Shown piece by piece: positions 19,888 through 30,967 of a stretch of DNA of 64,000 nt (position 1 is the first letter of the stretch; every line of letters starts with the position of its first letter). Location: the IMG/VR virus record IMGVR_UViG_3300035208_004396, one strand, 5' to 3'. This DNA is from a virus. Lineage: Duplodnaviria; Caudoviricetes. Both the position numbers and the translations under genes were made by a program. The notes beneath the pieces were generated by a model. That model did not search any database. It had not been told where the DNA came from and saw nothing but the letters and a program-made list of their open reading frames with translations.

Positions 19888-20579
19888 TTTATTATAGTAC
19901 GAACTAAATTCGAATAATAATCAAAAGTCTTGTAAGTATTATAATTTGCTGGCTTTATAATGCTCAACTGTGTAGGTTTAATATTAGTTTTATAAAATCT
20001 ACAAGATTTAAGTACACCAGTGATGAACATAATGAAAGCATAAAAGAAGTCATCTTCATTCAAATCTATAATTTCATCGGTCAACCATGATACAATTCTA
20101 GTATCGAATAGATTAGGTGTATACATAGAACATCTACCCATTGGAACCGGAACATTAAAGAAATTTGCTAAATTTGCCGTAGTAACATACGAATTTGGTC
20201 CACTTACACTCTTCAAATCTACCATTCCCCTTAACAAACCAGGTTCATATAAACAATCATCATCAATCGTCATTATCATAGTATCGGGTTTATCTTTATA
20301 ACGCATCAACGTAGGGATCAATTTCTTATACGTCTTAATGTCATGATCTACCCAACAAATCTCAACATTTTCATGATGTTCGATATATTCTATTAACTTT
20401 TCAGGAAGATTGACTACCATTTCTGGAAATTGTGATTTAGCTAAATTCAAAATCAACTTATCCGGAGTCAAGATTTTATCAGAAATAATACTATCTATTG
20501 TTGGTGTAATATCCAGCTCGATTCTTTCTGGAATGGATGTCATAGTAACTATAATTTCAGATCTATCTACCATAATCAA
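19851..20579 (-). CDS. Glycosyltransferase (GT-A fold)
   Basis: IVTMTSIPERI, PDKLILNL, YKKLIP, TIDDDCLY (DxD), EDD motif. Confidence 0.8.
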   Translation of the reverse strand: MIMVDRSEIIVTMTSIPERIELDITPTIDSIISDKILTPDKLILNLAKSQFPEMVVNLPEKLIEYIEHHENVEICWVDHDIKTYKKLIPTLMRYKDKPDTMIMTIDDDCLYEPGLLRGMVDLKSVSGPNSYVTTANLANFFNVPVPMGRCSMYTPNLFDTRIVSWLTDEIIDLNEDDFFYAFIMFITGVLKSCRFYKTNIKPTQLSIIKPANYNTYKTFDYYSNLVRTIINQKSNMLSGVLT

Positions 20580-20674
20580 AATATACTTTAATTTATCGAA
20601 TTAATGTTCTGACACATCTATATTTAAGAATAGTATTTCAATTCTACATATCTACCTCATCATTATAAGTATCT

Positions 20675-20842
20675 AAGAATAGACAAACCTTTTCTATCTT
20701 AGTACCCCCCTCCTATAGGTTTTATACTATATAAAAAAGATTCCACCTCTCCCTACCCAACTATAATGTATCTATCAAGAAATATGTGGACTTTTTCCGA
20801 TGTAAAAATCACTTGGTTTCTTACTTAGAGTAAGGACGGATC
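20675..20842 (+). repeat. 168-bp non-coding dispersed repeat, copy 1
   Basis: Matches 52163-52330 except 3 substitutions and 2 single-base homopolymer indels. Confidence 0.95.
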
Positions 20843-21075
20843 ACTTCTGTAGCTTTTGTAAACATATTTTTACATATTTGTAATTAAAATATAATGATAT
20901 ATGTTATTTGGTTTTTTCGATAGGGTAGTATAATTTTTATGAATATATGAGTTTATCTCGTATACCAGTTTAATTTGAGTTTAACGCCTGTTTTAGACCG
21001 TTATATTATATTTACGATATAGTTTTATAGGTGTATTATAAAAACGTATTAAAAGTGCCTTAAAATGCAAAATAA

Positions 21076-22491
21076 ATGTTGATAAATAGAATGATGGCAA
21101 CTAAGATCAACATTCCGGAAGGTTTCGAATTAAAATCGGAAGATTTGTATAAGCAATATTCGGAATTTTATAAATCTAAACCTTTCATGAATTGGCGTTA
21201 TAGTGTAAAATTCATGAATAAACAAGGTGTTGAATTATGTAATGGCATGTTAACTTATCTAGTTAAAAACATAACGATGCCAGTTACAACATTAAATAAA
21301 GTTACGACCAATTATAAAACTTATGATTATAATGAAGTTTTCATTTCACCCGGATCGAGAAGATTAACATTCGGATTATATGAAAATGAAAATCTAGATG
21401 TGTTAAATTTCATAAAATACTGTATGTTCGGAGAAAATCGAGATAATTATTCATTTTATGACGATTTTATGCCCCCAGAGATCTATATCCGGATTGAAAT
21501 AGAAGATATATGGGAAGATAGAACAGATGCTGATCTAAGAATGGACGATCTGTTAAACCCTAATTATTGTACTCCTTATACTCAACCCGTTAAGAATGTT
21601 ATTGATGTAATAAACAAGTATAATGAAGTTAAACCAGAAAAATTAATCGAAAACTATGTTAATGTTAACAATGGCAACGAAACTAAACTTAAATTCAACA
21701 AAGTTTTGAATTATACCTGCACTTATTGTGATTTCAGTAAAGATAAGTTATCTACTGATAGTGCTATGGTAGATGGTTATTCTTTGACTTTTGTGATAAG
21801 GTCTGAGACAATAGGTTTTGATATAGGCAAAGCTGGTGAAGGAGGATTACTCGATAAAGATATCAATTTGGAAGCCAGAATATCTAAAAAGAAGATGAGC
21901 CTTGCTGGTGGTGTAGATGTAAACAACATTAAACATAAAGGCTTCGGTAGTATGAGTGGGGATTTAAATGGTAGTTATGAAACAATTGCGAGTGGTTATG
22001 AATCTTGGCTAAACGGAACCGGACGAGAAAGAAATCTCGAAAGTGCTCATGCTTATCTTTTAGCTACCGGTTATATAACTAAAGCTTATGATGACAGTGC
22101 TAATGGATTATGTGCTAGAGGTGTAAGTGTCATGACGAATTTAGCTTCAAATAATAAGAGTTATGTTAATATAGGTGCTAATAATGGTAAAGGTGAAGCT
22201 TCATTATTAGCCGAATCGAATGAATTTAGTCAAAAGTATACCCCAAAGACAGTTACGGATTCAGAATATCGAAATATGGTCGCCAATGGTGAGATTAAAG
22301 CTGGTACAGTAGTATCTTTATCATATTCTAATAAGAGTGGAGATAAATGGGTAAAATCTTCAAATGGTCACACTTTTGTATGGATTGACAGCAATCATAC
22401 AGCATCGGATTACGAGCAAAAATCAACTTATGGTTTGAGTTTAACTAATAAGAAGATCGATAAGATAGTTTTAGCAATTCCTACGACTTAG
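21076..22491 (+). CDS. Tail-tube-fold (gp54/gp19-like) protein fused to a C-terminal CHAP-like Cys-His hydrolase
   Basis: N-term RYSVKF...VKNITMP...LTFGLYE; C-term GLCARGVS ... GHTFVW ... SDYEQ. Confidence 0.55.
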   Translation: MLINRMMATKINIPEGFELKSEDLYKQYSEFYKSKPFMNWRYSVKFMNKQGVELCNGMLTYLVKNITMPVTTLNKVTTNYKTYDYNEVFISPGSRRLTFGLYENENLDVLNFIKYCMFGENRDNYSFYDDFMPPEIYIRIEIEDIWEDRTDADLRMDDLLNPNYCTPYTQPVKNVIDVINKYNEVKPEKLIENYVNVNNGNETKLKFNKVLNYTCTYCDFSKDKLSTDSAMVDGYSLTFVIRSETIGFDIGKAGEGGLLDKDINLEARISKKKMSLAGGVDVNNIKHKGFGSMSGDLNGSYETIASGYESWLNGTGRERNLESAHAYLLATGYITKAYDDSANGLCARGVSVMTNLASNNKSYVNIGANNGKGEASLLAESNEFSQKYTPKTVTDSEYRNMVANGEIKAGTVVSLSYSNKSGDKWVKSSNGHTFVWIDSNHTASDYEQKSTYGLSLTNKKIDKIVLAIPTT

Positions 22492-22990
22492 TTTGATCCA
22501 TTATGAATTTTGGTAACTCGTAAGTTTTCTTAGTTAAACCAGCATCTGTTAAATGTTGAATCAAATCTTCTCGGTTCATGACATAAGTGTTATTTTGGAT
22601 ATTCTGTGCATTTTGAACTGAACTTTTCTTTTTATTTACTATATCATCTTTTATTTGATAATCTGTTAACATTTTGTTAAGAGACAATAATTCTTGAATA
22701 TTTGATGTTATAGCATTGCTTATTTGGGTGAAACTCATGAATGTTCCCGGCGGAGCACCTATTTTGCATTGCATTGCAACATTTTCAAGCACATTTCTAT
22801 TTAGATCTATTAAGTTTACTAATTGTTCGCGTATATATTCTTTATCTTGTATATCATATTTTTGAGTTTTGAACTCGGTTATTTTATTTTTAGTTTCTTT
22901 TATTTTAATCGCTGCTTCTTCGAACACTTCTTTTTCTTCTGTATGTTCAGGAAGTTCGGATAAATTGAATTCATCATCTAATTTTGACAT
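22481..22990 (-). CDS. gp16: Terminase small subunit, T4 gp16-like
   Basis: D.EYIRE.L..LI....VLE.V, P..F...Q, L..L.K, NNTYV...DL pattern. Confidence 0.75.
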   Translation of the reverse strand: MSKLDDEFNLSELPEHTEEKEVFEEAAIKIKETKNKITEFKTQKYDIQDKEYIREQLVNLIDLNRNVLENVAMQCKIGAPPGTFMSFTQISNAITSNIQELLSLNKMLTDYQIKDDIVNKKKSSVQNAQNIQNNTYVMNREDLIQHLTDAGLTKKTYELPKFIMDQTKS

Positions 22991-23637
22991 ATAAACTCTT
23001 TATACGTTGTATTTATAAGATTATTATTTAATCTAGATCGTTTAATTAAATAAATATCCCCTTCATCATAATCGTTAGAATCAAATAAATCGAAAACTAA
23101 TAATGGGTAAACATCAATTATATTTTCAAATGCTTTAGCTTGATCTTTTACTGTAAAATCGTGTAAGTCATTAAAAATCAATAACTTACGTTGTTTTATA
23201 CCACTCATTTTAATTTGATATATTTGATCATTCGAATAGTTTTTAGGGACAATAGCAATTAATGGTGAACATGAATTTTTGATAATGTCTATGTCATCTA
23301 TTTTAGATTGGTCTAACTCTTTCATTATTTTATAAATAGGATTCAACTGATCTTCGAAAAGCATTCCTAGATATACTGAATCTAACTTATTTCTTTTGAA
23401 TATAGCAGTTTGTGGCATACCAATATGACCAGTAAGTTCATAAATAGCATCTTTTTCTTTTTGCAAGATACATTCTACGAAATATAAGGAATTAGTTTCA
23501 ATATCGGCGATTTCTTTCTTATAATCCTCACAGATTTGACAAACATCGTTTACGAATATAAACACACCATGTTTTATCTCCATATTATAAAAGGCATCAA
23601 AATTCAATTGATGTTTAACTAAGATTTCTTTTCTCAT
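22978..23637 (-). CDS. Thioredoxin-like protein
   Basis: FIF...CQIC CxxC and cis-Pro-like GMPQT. Confidence 0.55.
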   Translation of the reverse strand: MRKEILVKHQLNFDAFYNMEIKHGVFIFVNDVCQICEDYKKEIADIETNSLYFVECILQKEKDAIYELTGHIGMPQTAIFKRNKLDSVYLGMLFEDQLNPIYKIMKELDQSKIDDIDIIKNSCSPLIAIVPKNYSNDQIYQIKMSGIKQRKLLIFNDLHDFTVKDQAKAFENIIDVYPLLVFDLFDSNDYDEGDIYLIKRSRLNNNLINTTYKEFICQN

Positions 23638-23679
23638 AATACTCCGAAGTTATCGAATATATATGAATAAGAGGATATT

Positions 23680-25872
23680 ATGATTGTAAAAGACGGGAAA
23701 ATTATAGCTATCGGTAGAATAAATCATGATGAAAGTCTTGTTGGTGATGGTGTTAGCTCCGATTTGGGAATATCTGAATCATATAAAAATGTTTTTTCGT
23801 CCTATTTGAATCACAGTGCTACTTGGGATAACAAAATTGATAGTTCTTTTCTTTTAGATTACTCGGCTTTTGTAAATTATTCTAATTTAATGGATCAAAA
23901 CTTATCTAGCAATATCGATAATATCGCAAGCTATATCGATAATAACTCTGCAATCTGGACTAAAGATACTACTTACAATGGTAGTGAATATATCAATGTT
24001 GATAGTGCTATAAGTTTAATAAAAATACCCGAGGAAATAGCCACTATTTCTGGTATTCAAACTAATCTTTCTCTTAATTTAACTGAATTATCTGGTTATA
24101 CTTATCAAAATATAAATGCTTTATCGAGTGATATTTATCAACTTTCATCAGATATAATATCATTGAGCGGTGAATTAAACACAGTATCTGGAAAAATACC
24201 AGAATTATCTAGCAATATAACAAACATATCATCGAAACTAAATGAATTTTCTGCTGATGTTAGTGAAAACTTAAATACTATCTATGGAAATATTGATGAT
24301 CTATCTAGTCATGTTTCAGAAAATTCGGTAAACATAGATAAAATTTCTGGCGAAATTGATACTATTCATGGCAATATAGAATATTTATCTTATGATGTTA
24401 GTAATTTATCAAGTGAATTAATTAATAAACAAGATATAATTTCCGGTGGACAATATATCAATGTTGATAAAAACATAGTTTCTTATACTGGTCCTATTTA
24501 TAATAATGCTTTCTATAGCGGAACAGATCTTTTAGGTTATTTAGTCAATAAAGGTGTAAATGGCCAGATTTTAAGCATGTCAGGTGATAATTTCGAATGG
24601 ACTGAACAATCGAAAATAGCTGATGTTGAAATATATGGTTATGATGGCATTAATGTAAATTCTAGTTATAGTGGAAATACCTTGATTTTCGATATATCGG
24701 GTAGTACTAATCCAGAACATGTCGGATTTATCGAACTTAACACTAATTTAAGTGCAATATCAGCGAATCAAGATATTTTGGATAATATATCAGTAATAGA
24801 TAATTATCTTTATACTGTTTCGGACAATAAAATAGTAATACCTAGTGGTACTTCTCAAATATGTGTTAATGTCAATGCTAAATTTACTCCTACCGCACAT
24901 AATACATCTACATTATATGAATTCGGGATAGATTTGCTAAATAGTCAAGCTGAAGTTTTATCTAATCAGTCTAAATTTGCTTTAACAAGTGGTTCAGATG
25001 TCTTATCTTATTCAAAATTAGTGAAATTAGACAGTTCTATAGAAAATTCTATCTATTTTAAGTTTGACGGTGATAGTAATCAGTTCGAATTGAATTCATG
25101 TCTCATCGATGTTTATGAGAATAAAACTGGTTCTAGTGAAGGTACTTCTGATACTTACGAAGTTAAAGTATCAAGTTCGGGTACAGCAGGATATTTGAAA
25201 GATAAAATGAATACTATTGCCCCGATACAAAACAGAATTGAAAATGACAAATATGTAATATATCAAGATCCGATTGGGGCTTCACCACTTTCTCGTATTT
25301 CTACTCCGGAGAGTGATAATGTTAGAGAGGTATTGAATGTTGTTACTAATGGTATAATAAAAGGCGAGAAAATTGCTATACAATTGCATGCATTCACGGT
25401 AGGAAACTATTTTGTACCAGAAAATACTGATATTTGGACTTATATTAATACTAATATACAGGGTATTAGTGAAGAAACTGTACATTTCGTGGGCATATAT
25501 GAGTTAGATGAAGAAAATCAGACATTTCATCTTGTAGCAATGAGTGTTAATGGAGCAAGTCACGATAATAGTGTAATAGGTTTAGCTAGTTTAGATACGG
25601 GATATGTAGATACAACTTATAATACGATTAAACCGAGTAAAATATATTATGCTTTTCATGCTTGTGATCAAACCGCATTAACTATAGCAGGTAATACTTC
25701 ATCTACTTATAATTTAGTAAATCCTTATATGTCATTAATAATTTACAACATATCTAATGCTTTAACAATATCCGATTTTGTTGCTAATTTAGCTACTATT
25801 AATATCTCAACTACAACTCTTTCTCATCAAGAAAGTACGGGAAAGAGATATCTGAGTTTACAACATATATAA
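23680..25872 (+). CDS. Tail fibre-like structural protein
   Basis: 730 aa, Ser/Asn/Ile-rich; SLVGDG; coiled-coil LSS/ISG repeats; KQD..ISGG..I.V; GQIL motif. Confidence 0.65.
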   Translation: MIVKDGKIIAIGRINHDESLVGDGVSSDLGISESYKNVFSSYLNHSATWDNKIDSSFLLDYSAFVNYSNLMDQNLSSNIDNIASYIDNNSAIWTKDTTYNGSEYINVDSAISLIKIPEEIATISGIQTNLSLNLTELSGYTYQNINALSSDIYQLSSDIISLSGELNTVSGKIPELSSNITNISSKLNEFSADVSENLNTIYGNIDDLSSHVSENSVNIDKISGEIDTIHGNIEYLSYDVSNLSSELINKQDIISGGQYINVDKNIVSYTGPIYNNAFYSGTDLLGYLVNKGVNGQILSMSGDNFEWTEQSKIADVEIYGYDGINVNSSYSGNTLIFDISGSTNPEHVGFIELNTNLSAISANQDILDNISVIDNYLYTVSDNKIVIPSGTSQICVNVNAKFTPTAHNTSTLYEFGIDLLNSQAEVLSNQSKFALTSGSDVLSYSKLVKLDSSIENSIYFKFDGDSNQFELNSCLIDVYENKTGSSEGTSDTYEVKVSSSGTAGYLKDKMNTIAPIQNRIENDKYVIYQDPIGASPLSRISTPESDNVREVLNVVTNGIIKGEKIAIQLHAFTVGNYFVPENTDIWTYINTNIQGISEETVHFVGIYELDEENQTFHLVAMSVNGASHDNSVIGLASLDTGYVDTTYNTIKPSKIYYAFHACDQTALTIAGNTSSTYNLVNPYMSLIIYNISNALTISDFVANLATINISTTTLSHQESTGKRYLSLQHI

Positions 25873-25876
25873 GTAT

Positions 25877-26191
25877 ATGGAATTTAACAATAGAAATACG
25901 GTTTTTAATAATCCCAGTTCATATTCGAATGAAGTTTACACAATTGCATGTAATTATTCTGGCCGTGATTATAATAGGCAGCTCGGTAAGCTAATTATAG
26001 ATGAGTTATTAGACAAAATGAGTTCGACCGATGCAACAGAATTCATATCTTATGCTAATGTATTAGTATTCATAACGAACGGCATGTTTTATTCAAGTGC
26101 AAAATACTTAGACAATATAACAGTTAGCTCAAGTTTGCAAACTACTTTGACTTGGTTAAAAACTACATTAACTAATTCTGATTCGATATAG
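25877..26191 (+). CDS. Hypothetical protein, possible fibre chaperone
   Basis: 104 aa immediately downstream of the fibre gene. Confidence 0.45.
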   Translation: MEFNNRNTVFNNPSSYSNEVYTIACNYSGRDYNRQLGKLIIDELLDKMSSTDATEFISYANVLVFITNGMFYSSAKYLDNITVSSSLQTTLTWLKTTLTNSDSI

Positions 26192-27893
26192 TAGAAAATC
26201 CACTATTTTTCTCTATTTTCAAAATGGATTTGAATGTTTCGTTATGCGTGTCTAATCTATGAGAAATCAGATAACAAGATTGATTTTTTATCATAATTAA
26301 AGAGTTTAAAGACTTTAATAATGCATCTATACCTTCATTATCTATACCGCTATCGAATAATTCATCGATGAATAAGATATTGGTATTCCAATTTGCTAAA
26401 TCTCCACTTAAATTCAAGAAAGCTAATAATATACCCATATCGATTCTCGTTCTTTCTCCACCACTGAACTGATTATATTCGATATTTTCACCACGTAACC
26501 CAGTAATAACATAATCCAAATTAGAATCGAATTTAACTTGTACCTTGACTGATAAATTATGTAAATTTTTATTTACAATATTATTGAAAACATTTATTAA
26601 TTTTCCAAACAAGAAATGACGTATTCCATCTTCACTTGTGATACGAAAAACATTATCTATTATTACACATTCTTTATTTTTATCGGTTATTTCTTTTTTG
26701 AAAGAAACTATATCAGTATTTAATTTCGATTTAATAGAATTTTCTTTTTCAAGAAGTTCGGATAGATCTATTTCAGATTTTGTTTTTCTTAGTTTCTCTA
26801 TTTTAGATAAATTATCCGATATTTTAGCTTCACCTATTGTAATAATATTATTACAATCGGAAATTATCTTCTCATTTTTAACATTATTTTCTTCGATTTT
26901 ATTCAAATCACGTAAACTCGACTGATCTTCATTCAATAATTTAAGTAAACTATCTCGTTCTTCTATTTTACTATCTTTATCTTGAATATGTTTATCATCT
27001 GTTAATATATTACCGCATACTGGACAAGAACCTTTATCTAATACAGACAAATAGATATCTATTTTTGAAATAGACACTGTTAAATTATTAATTTCATTTT
27101 GTAACGTATCTTTTTTAGATCTAACATCTATAATGTTAGAAGTTGCAATTTTAGATTTTTCACGAAATTCACTTAATATCTTGGTATTTTTCTCATTTTT
27201 TTCTATTAAATCACCAATTTCTTTATCTCGTAGAGATTCTGCTTTATTTTGATTAGTTAAAATAGTCTGGTTTATATTAGCTATACTAGTATTAGTTAAA
27301 TTTAACTGATTTTCGGCATTTTCCAGATCTTTCATAACAAGTGTAAGATTTTGTTTAGCAATGATGTTTTCTCCCTTTATAGCTTTTTCAATTTTTCTCA
27401 AAATTGCTAAATTGAATAGATTTTCTACTAGTTTATTACGATCGGTATTGGATAAACTTAAAAATGGTTGATTATATGTAGTAGCTACGGCTACAATATT
27501 CTTAAACAAGAAAGAATCTATACCTATTATTTGATCTAGATCGGTTTGAATCAACTTTTTAGTAGATGTCAATGCAACTTCTACACCATTTTTTTTATAA
27601 CTCAATAGATCAGGTTTTTGTCCGCGTATAATTTCATAATGGTCATCACCTTTTTTGAAAAACACTCTACAAACCATATTTTTCTTATTTAATGAATTAA
27701 CTAAACTAGCCAATTTAATATTTCGGTAAGGTTTTCCATATAATGCAAAGAACAAAGCATCTAAAATAGAAGATTTACCCGAACCATTTTTAGCAAAAAT
27801 GATATTTATTCCTGGTTTAAAATCTATTTCAGTTTCATTATTACCATAAGACAATATATTACGAAAGATCAATTTTTCAAATTCAATGTACAT
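26172..27893 (-). CDS. gp46: SbcC/Rad50-like recombination endonuclease subunit, T4 gp46-like
   Basis: FRNILSYGN, NGSGKS Walker A, CPVCG hook, FSGGE signature, LFIDE, ISH. Confidence 0.93.
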   Translation of the reverse strand: MYIEFEKLIFRNILSYGNNETEIDFKPGINIIFAKNGSGKSSILDALFFALYGKPYRNIKLASLVNSLNKKNMVCRVFFKKGDDHYEIIRGQKPDLLSYKKNGVEVALTSTKKLIQTDLDQIIGIDSFLFKNIVAVATTYNQPFLSLSNTDRNKLVENLFNLAILRKIEKAIKGENIIAKQNLTLVMKDLENAENQLNLTNTSIANINQTILTNQNKAESLRDKEIGDLIEKNEKNTKILSEFREKSKIATSNIIDVRSKKDTLQNEINNLTVSISKIDIYLSVLDKGSCPVCGNILTDDKHIQDKDSKIEERDSLLKLLNEDQSSLRDLNKIEENNVKNEKIISDCNNIITIGEAKISDNLSKIEKLRKTKSEIDLSELLEKENSIKSKLNTDIVSFKKEITDKNKECVIIDNVFRITSEDGIRHFLFGKLINVFNNIVNKNLHNLSVKVQVKFDSNLDYVITGLRGENIEYNQFSGGERTRIDMGILLAFLNLSGDLANWNTNILFIDELFDSGIDNEGIDALLKSLNSLIMIKNQSCYLISHRLDTHNETFKSILKIEKNSGFSTISNQN

Positions 27894-28359
27894 AACTATT
27901 ACCTGGTGTTGCTACAATTTCGATAATCAATCTCGTAGTTTCATCCAGATCATATTCCGGCAATTTATTATGCATTAAATACTCGGTTAAAACTACTGTT
28001 TTTTTCAAGAAAACCGCTAAATTTACCTTTTGTGCTTTATTAAGATCTTCGTATAAATCCACTTCATTGCACATATTAGGTATATTCATAATGGGCAATT
28101 TAATTAAAATAGAATCTTTTTTTAACAATTTCCTAGTCTCTTTACTTACACAAGAACGATCTATTTCTGGCATATATCCAGATTGATCTAGAATAAAAAT
28201 AGAAGCTGGAATATCATTAGTAGGATATCCAAAAAAGAGATTATTTTCCAATAATCCCCAATGATAATTTTCGTAATCTTTAACCAAATATTCTATCATA
28301 ACTCTCATACTAATCGAATATGTAATATGTTCATCATTCTCAACATTTTCAGTTTTCAT
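27883..28359 (-). CDS. Hypothetical protein
   Basis: 158-aa ORF overlapping the gp46 start. Confidence 0.55.
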   Translation of the reverse strand: MKTENVENDEHITYSISMRVMIEYLVKDYENYHWGLLENNLFFGYPTNDIPASIFILDQSGYMPEIDRSCVSKETRKLLKKDSILIKLPIMNIPNMCNEVDLYEDLNKAQKVNLAVFLKKTVVLTEYLMHNKLPEYDLDETTRLIIEIVATPGNSYVH

Positions 28360-28408
28360 ATAATTAAATATATTAAAATTCGGGGATAATTTTCGTTATA
28401 TATACAAT

Positions 28409-28792
28409 ATGCAATCATTTATAGCGTACTTGAAAGAACAATTGTTAAATGAACAACCTCATGTCGAATTGATACCCAGTGAGGACCAATATTGGGATTT
28501 TTGTGCTGAAGAATCATTTTCGCCAAAAGATATGGCCAATGGAGGATGGCTTAAGCAATTATATAACATTTATCACGATAATGTGGTAATATCTTTAAAT
28601 AAAGACAAAAACAAACCAACTGTGTTGAAATTGGATCCTAATGAAATCGATGAAATAACAGATCAACTAAAAAATGATGTTTTCTTCATAAATAGAGTAA
28701 AAGCAGATTTTGCTAAGACTAATGATAAATTTCGAGAAAAATTGATCGAAGTTCTGCCTTACAAACTCTATATAAAAATAGGTAAAGCATAA
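28409..28792 (+). CDS. Hypothetical protein, possible internal head protein
   Basis: MQSFIAYLKEQLLNE N-terminus resembles those of T4-like packaged proteins. Confidence 0.55.
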   Translation: MQSFIAYLKEQLLNEQPHVELIPSEDQYWDFCAEESFSPKDMANGGWLKQLYNIYHDNVVISLNKDKNKPTVLKLDPNEIDEITDQLKNDVFFINRVKADFAKTNDKFREKLIEVLPYKLYIKIGKA

Positions 28793-30918
28793 TGAATAAT
28801 AAGACTATTTTATTGAGAAAAGGACTCGAATCTCTAGTAAAACAGAGTAATGGCATAAAATGGGAAATTGATGGTTATGCTTATTATTGTGGCAATATAC
28901 CAGATATTACAGATGAAAGTGCTTTAGAAACACTTAAAAATTATAAACTTTCTGATTTCGAAGACAACGGCACATTAATTTTATCTGATATTACTTATAC
29001 AAAAGGGGCTAGAAATTCATTACGCTTTGTAAACTCAAAAGATTATAATTCTGCACTTCTAGATATAACAAATCACCTATTCAGGGGTAATTATCTCCCA
29101 GCTTCTAATAATGCTACTTCTGATACTGTAATGGGGACATATTCAGTATCTTTTGATGCTTCAGCATTTACATTAACTAAAATGGCTGGTGCCACTATTT
29201 CTAGTCCGGCATATCTCGATGCTCTTATCATATTTGGCCAATCTTTTTATCAAGTTTATCCCGATGAACGTAAAATTTGGACAAGTGAAGGTTTAGTACC
29301 TCTGGCAATAGTAGTTTTTACTGGAAATGATACTGATACCAAGCCATTTATAATTAATGATCAATCTAAATACTTGAATCTTCAGATTAATGTGCTTTTA
29401 GGTGTAAATGGCATAGATGATACTAGTAATGTATCATGGAATGTTGGAACTGATGACGTTTTAGGCTCTATGCAAGTTGTAAATGATGCTATTGGCACAT
29501 CTGCTAGAGTATTATTAACTAGTGATGATGATATTGCAATAAGTGCTAATAATTATAAACTATATCCAAATTTACTTAAAAATGGAGTAATATCGACAAC
29601 TAAACGTTTGTTCATGAGCTATGATTTCTCGAAAAACTATTCAAATGACTTCGGATCTCCTGCTCGTTTGAACATAATGAAAACTAAATCAGATGGATAT
29701 AGAAGCCCACAGTTAATGTTATCTGAAGCTACAGTAGGTGAAAATTATACTACTTGGGATGGTGCTATGCAACACTATCACACTTTTGCTAGTGGCGGCA
29801 TGTACTGGTTAGATAGTTGTGGTCCTAGTAAAATGGGTACTAGTTTGATGTCCGATCAATCTACGGCATATAATGGTGCAATAGTAATCGGAGGAAATAC
29901 TCAATGGGTTTATGGTAATCGAATTGCTATAGGTGGATCTGATAATCAACTCGGCGTAAATTATTCTGATGAAGCCGGGGTTTTGATCAACACTACTGCT
30001 TGCGAAATTGGTCGTGGTGGGGGCACTATATTTGGATCTTATGAATCTGTAATTCAATGTAATGAAGATCTTGTTACTAGAAGTGGTGGCAATTATCAAG
30101 GTACATCTATCTTACTTGGGGGTGAAAGGAATATTATTAACAGCTATGATAAAGTGGCTAGTGAATTCATAATCGGTGGAGCAGATAATATTCTATATAG
30201 TACAGAAAGTTGTGGTTTATTAGCTTGTAATCAAAATAATAACTCTTATTCATATAATACAATCGGTTTAGGTGCTAAAGAATGTATATCTTGGAATAAT
30301 AGACAAGTTACTTTCGGTGGCTTGCAGAATGAAATATGGAATAGCTACAGAAGCAATATCATAGGTCAATTGAATTACACTATTAAAGGAATAAATTCGG
30401 AATTTTTAGGTTATCATAATTATTCGGAACATGTAGTTGATTCATATATCGGCGGATCATATAATAAATCATTTGACACATTTAACTCGGTTCAAGTAGG
30501 TCATGGTTGTACAATAAAGGGCAGAAATAGTTCTATAAGTATAGGCAATGGAATAGATATACGTGATGGTGATAACCCAGTAGTAATATTCGGACAATAT
30601 CCATCGAGGATAACTGGTGATGATGTATCTTTTGTAATTGGAAAGGGTGAAAGCGATAATAATAGATTAGATTTGTTAAATTTAACTACTAGTGGGCAAT
30701 TAAAAATTCAAAAAGACAATAATTCTTGGTATCAATTAACACCTAATGGTTTATCTTTCACTAATACTCATACTAGTGAAAACCAAATAGTTGTTGATAC
30801 AATGCTTTTATCTACTAATGGTAGTATAATATATACGACATTTAATAAAACAACTTCTGAAATGATACGGAAATATTCTGTCACTATAGATCAAATCCTA
30901 CAAGCTATATCTATCTGA
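28792..30918 (+). CDS. Tail fibre/adhesin-like protein with Gly-rich beta-roll repeats
   Basis: 708 aa; repeated IGG..N units, IGNG, VIFGQY, FVIGKG...NR.D (YadA-head-like). Confidence 0.65.
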   Translation: MNNKTILLRKGLESLVKQSNGIKWEIDGYAYYCGNIPDITDESALETLKNYKLSDFEDNGTLILSDITYTKGARNSLRFVNSKDYNSALLDITNHLFRGNYLPASNNATSDTVMGTYSVSFDASAFTLTKMAGATISSPAYLDALIIFGQSFYQVYPDERKIWTSEGLVPLAIVVFTGNDTDTKPFIINDQSKYLNLQINVLLGVNGIDDTSNVSWNVGTDDVLGSMQVVNDAIGTSARVLLTSDDDIAISANNYKLYPNLLKNGVISTTKRLFMSYDFSKNYSNDFGSPARLNIMKTKSDGYRSPQLMLSEATVGENYTTWDGAMQHYHTFASGGMYWLDSCGPSKMGTSLMSDQSTAYNGAIVIGGNTQWVYGNRIAIGGSDNQLGVNYSDEAGVLINTTACEIGRGGGTIFGSYESVIQCNEDLVTRSGGNYQGTSILLGGERNIINSYDKVASEFIIGGADNILYSTESCGLLACNQNNNSYSYNTIGLGAKECISWNNRQVTFGGLQNEIWNSYRSNIIGQLNYTIKGINSEFLGYHNYSEHVVDSYIGGSYNKSFDTFNSVQVGHGCTIKGRNSSISIGNGIDIRDGDNPVVIFGQYPSRITGDDVSFVIGKGESDNNRLDLLNLTTSGQLKIQKDNNSWYQLTPNGLSFTNTHTSENQIVVDTMLLSTNGSIIYTTFNKTTSEMIRKYSVTIDQILQAISI

Positions 30919-30967
30919 AAAATTGCTGATATATAATGTATATTTTTAAAAATTTAGGAGTTAAGAT

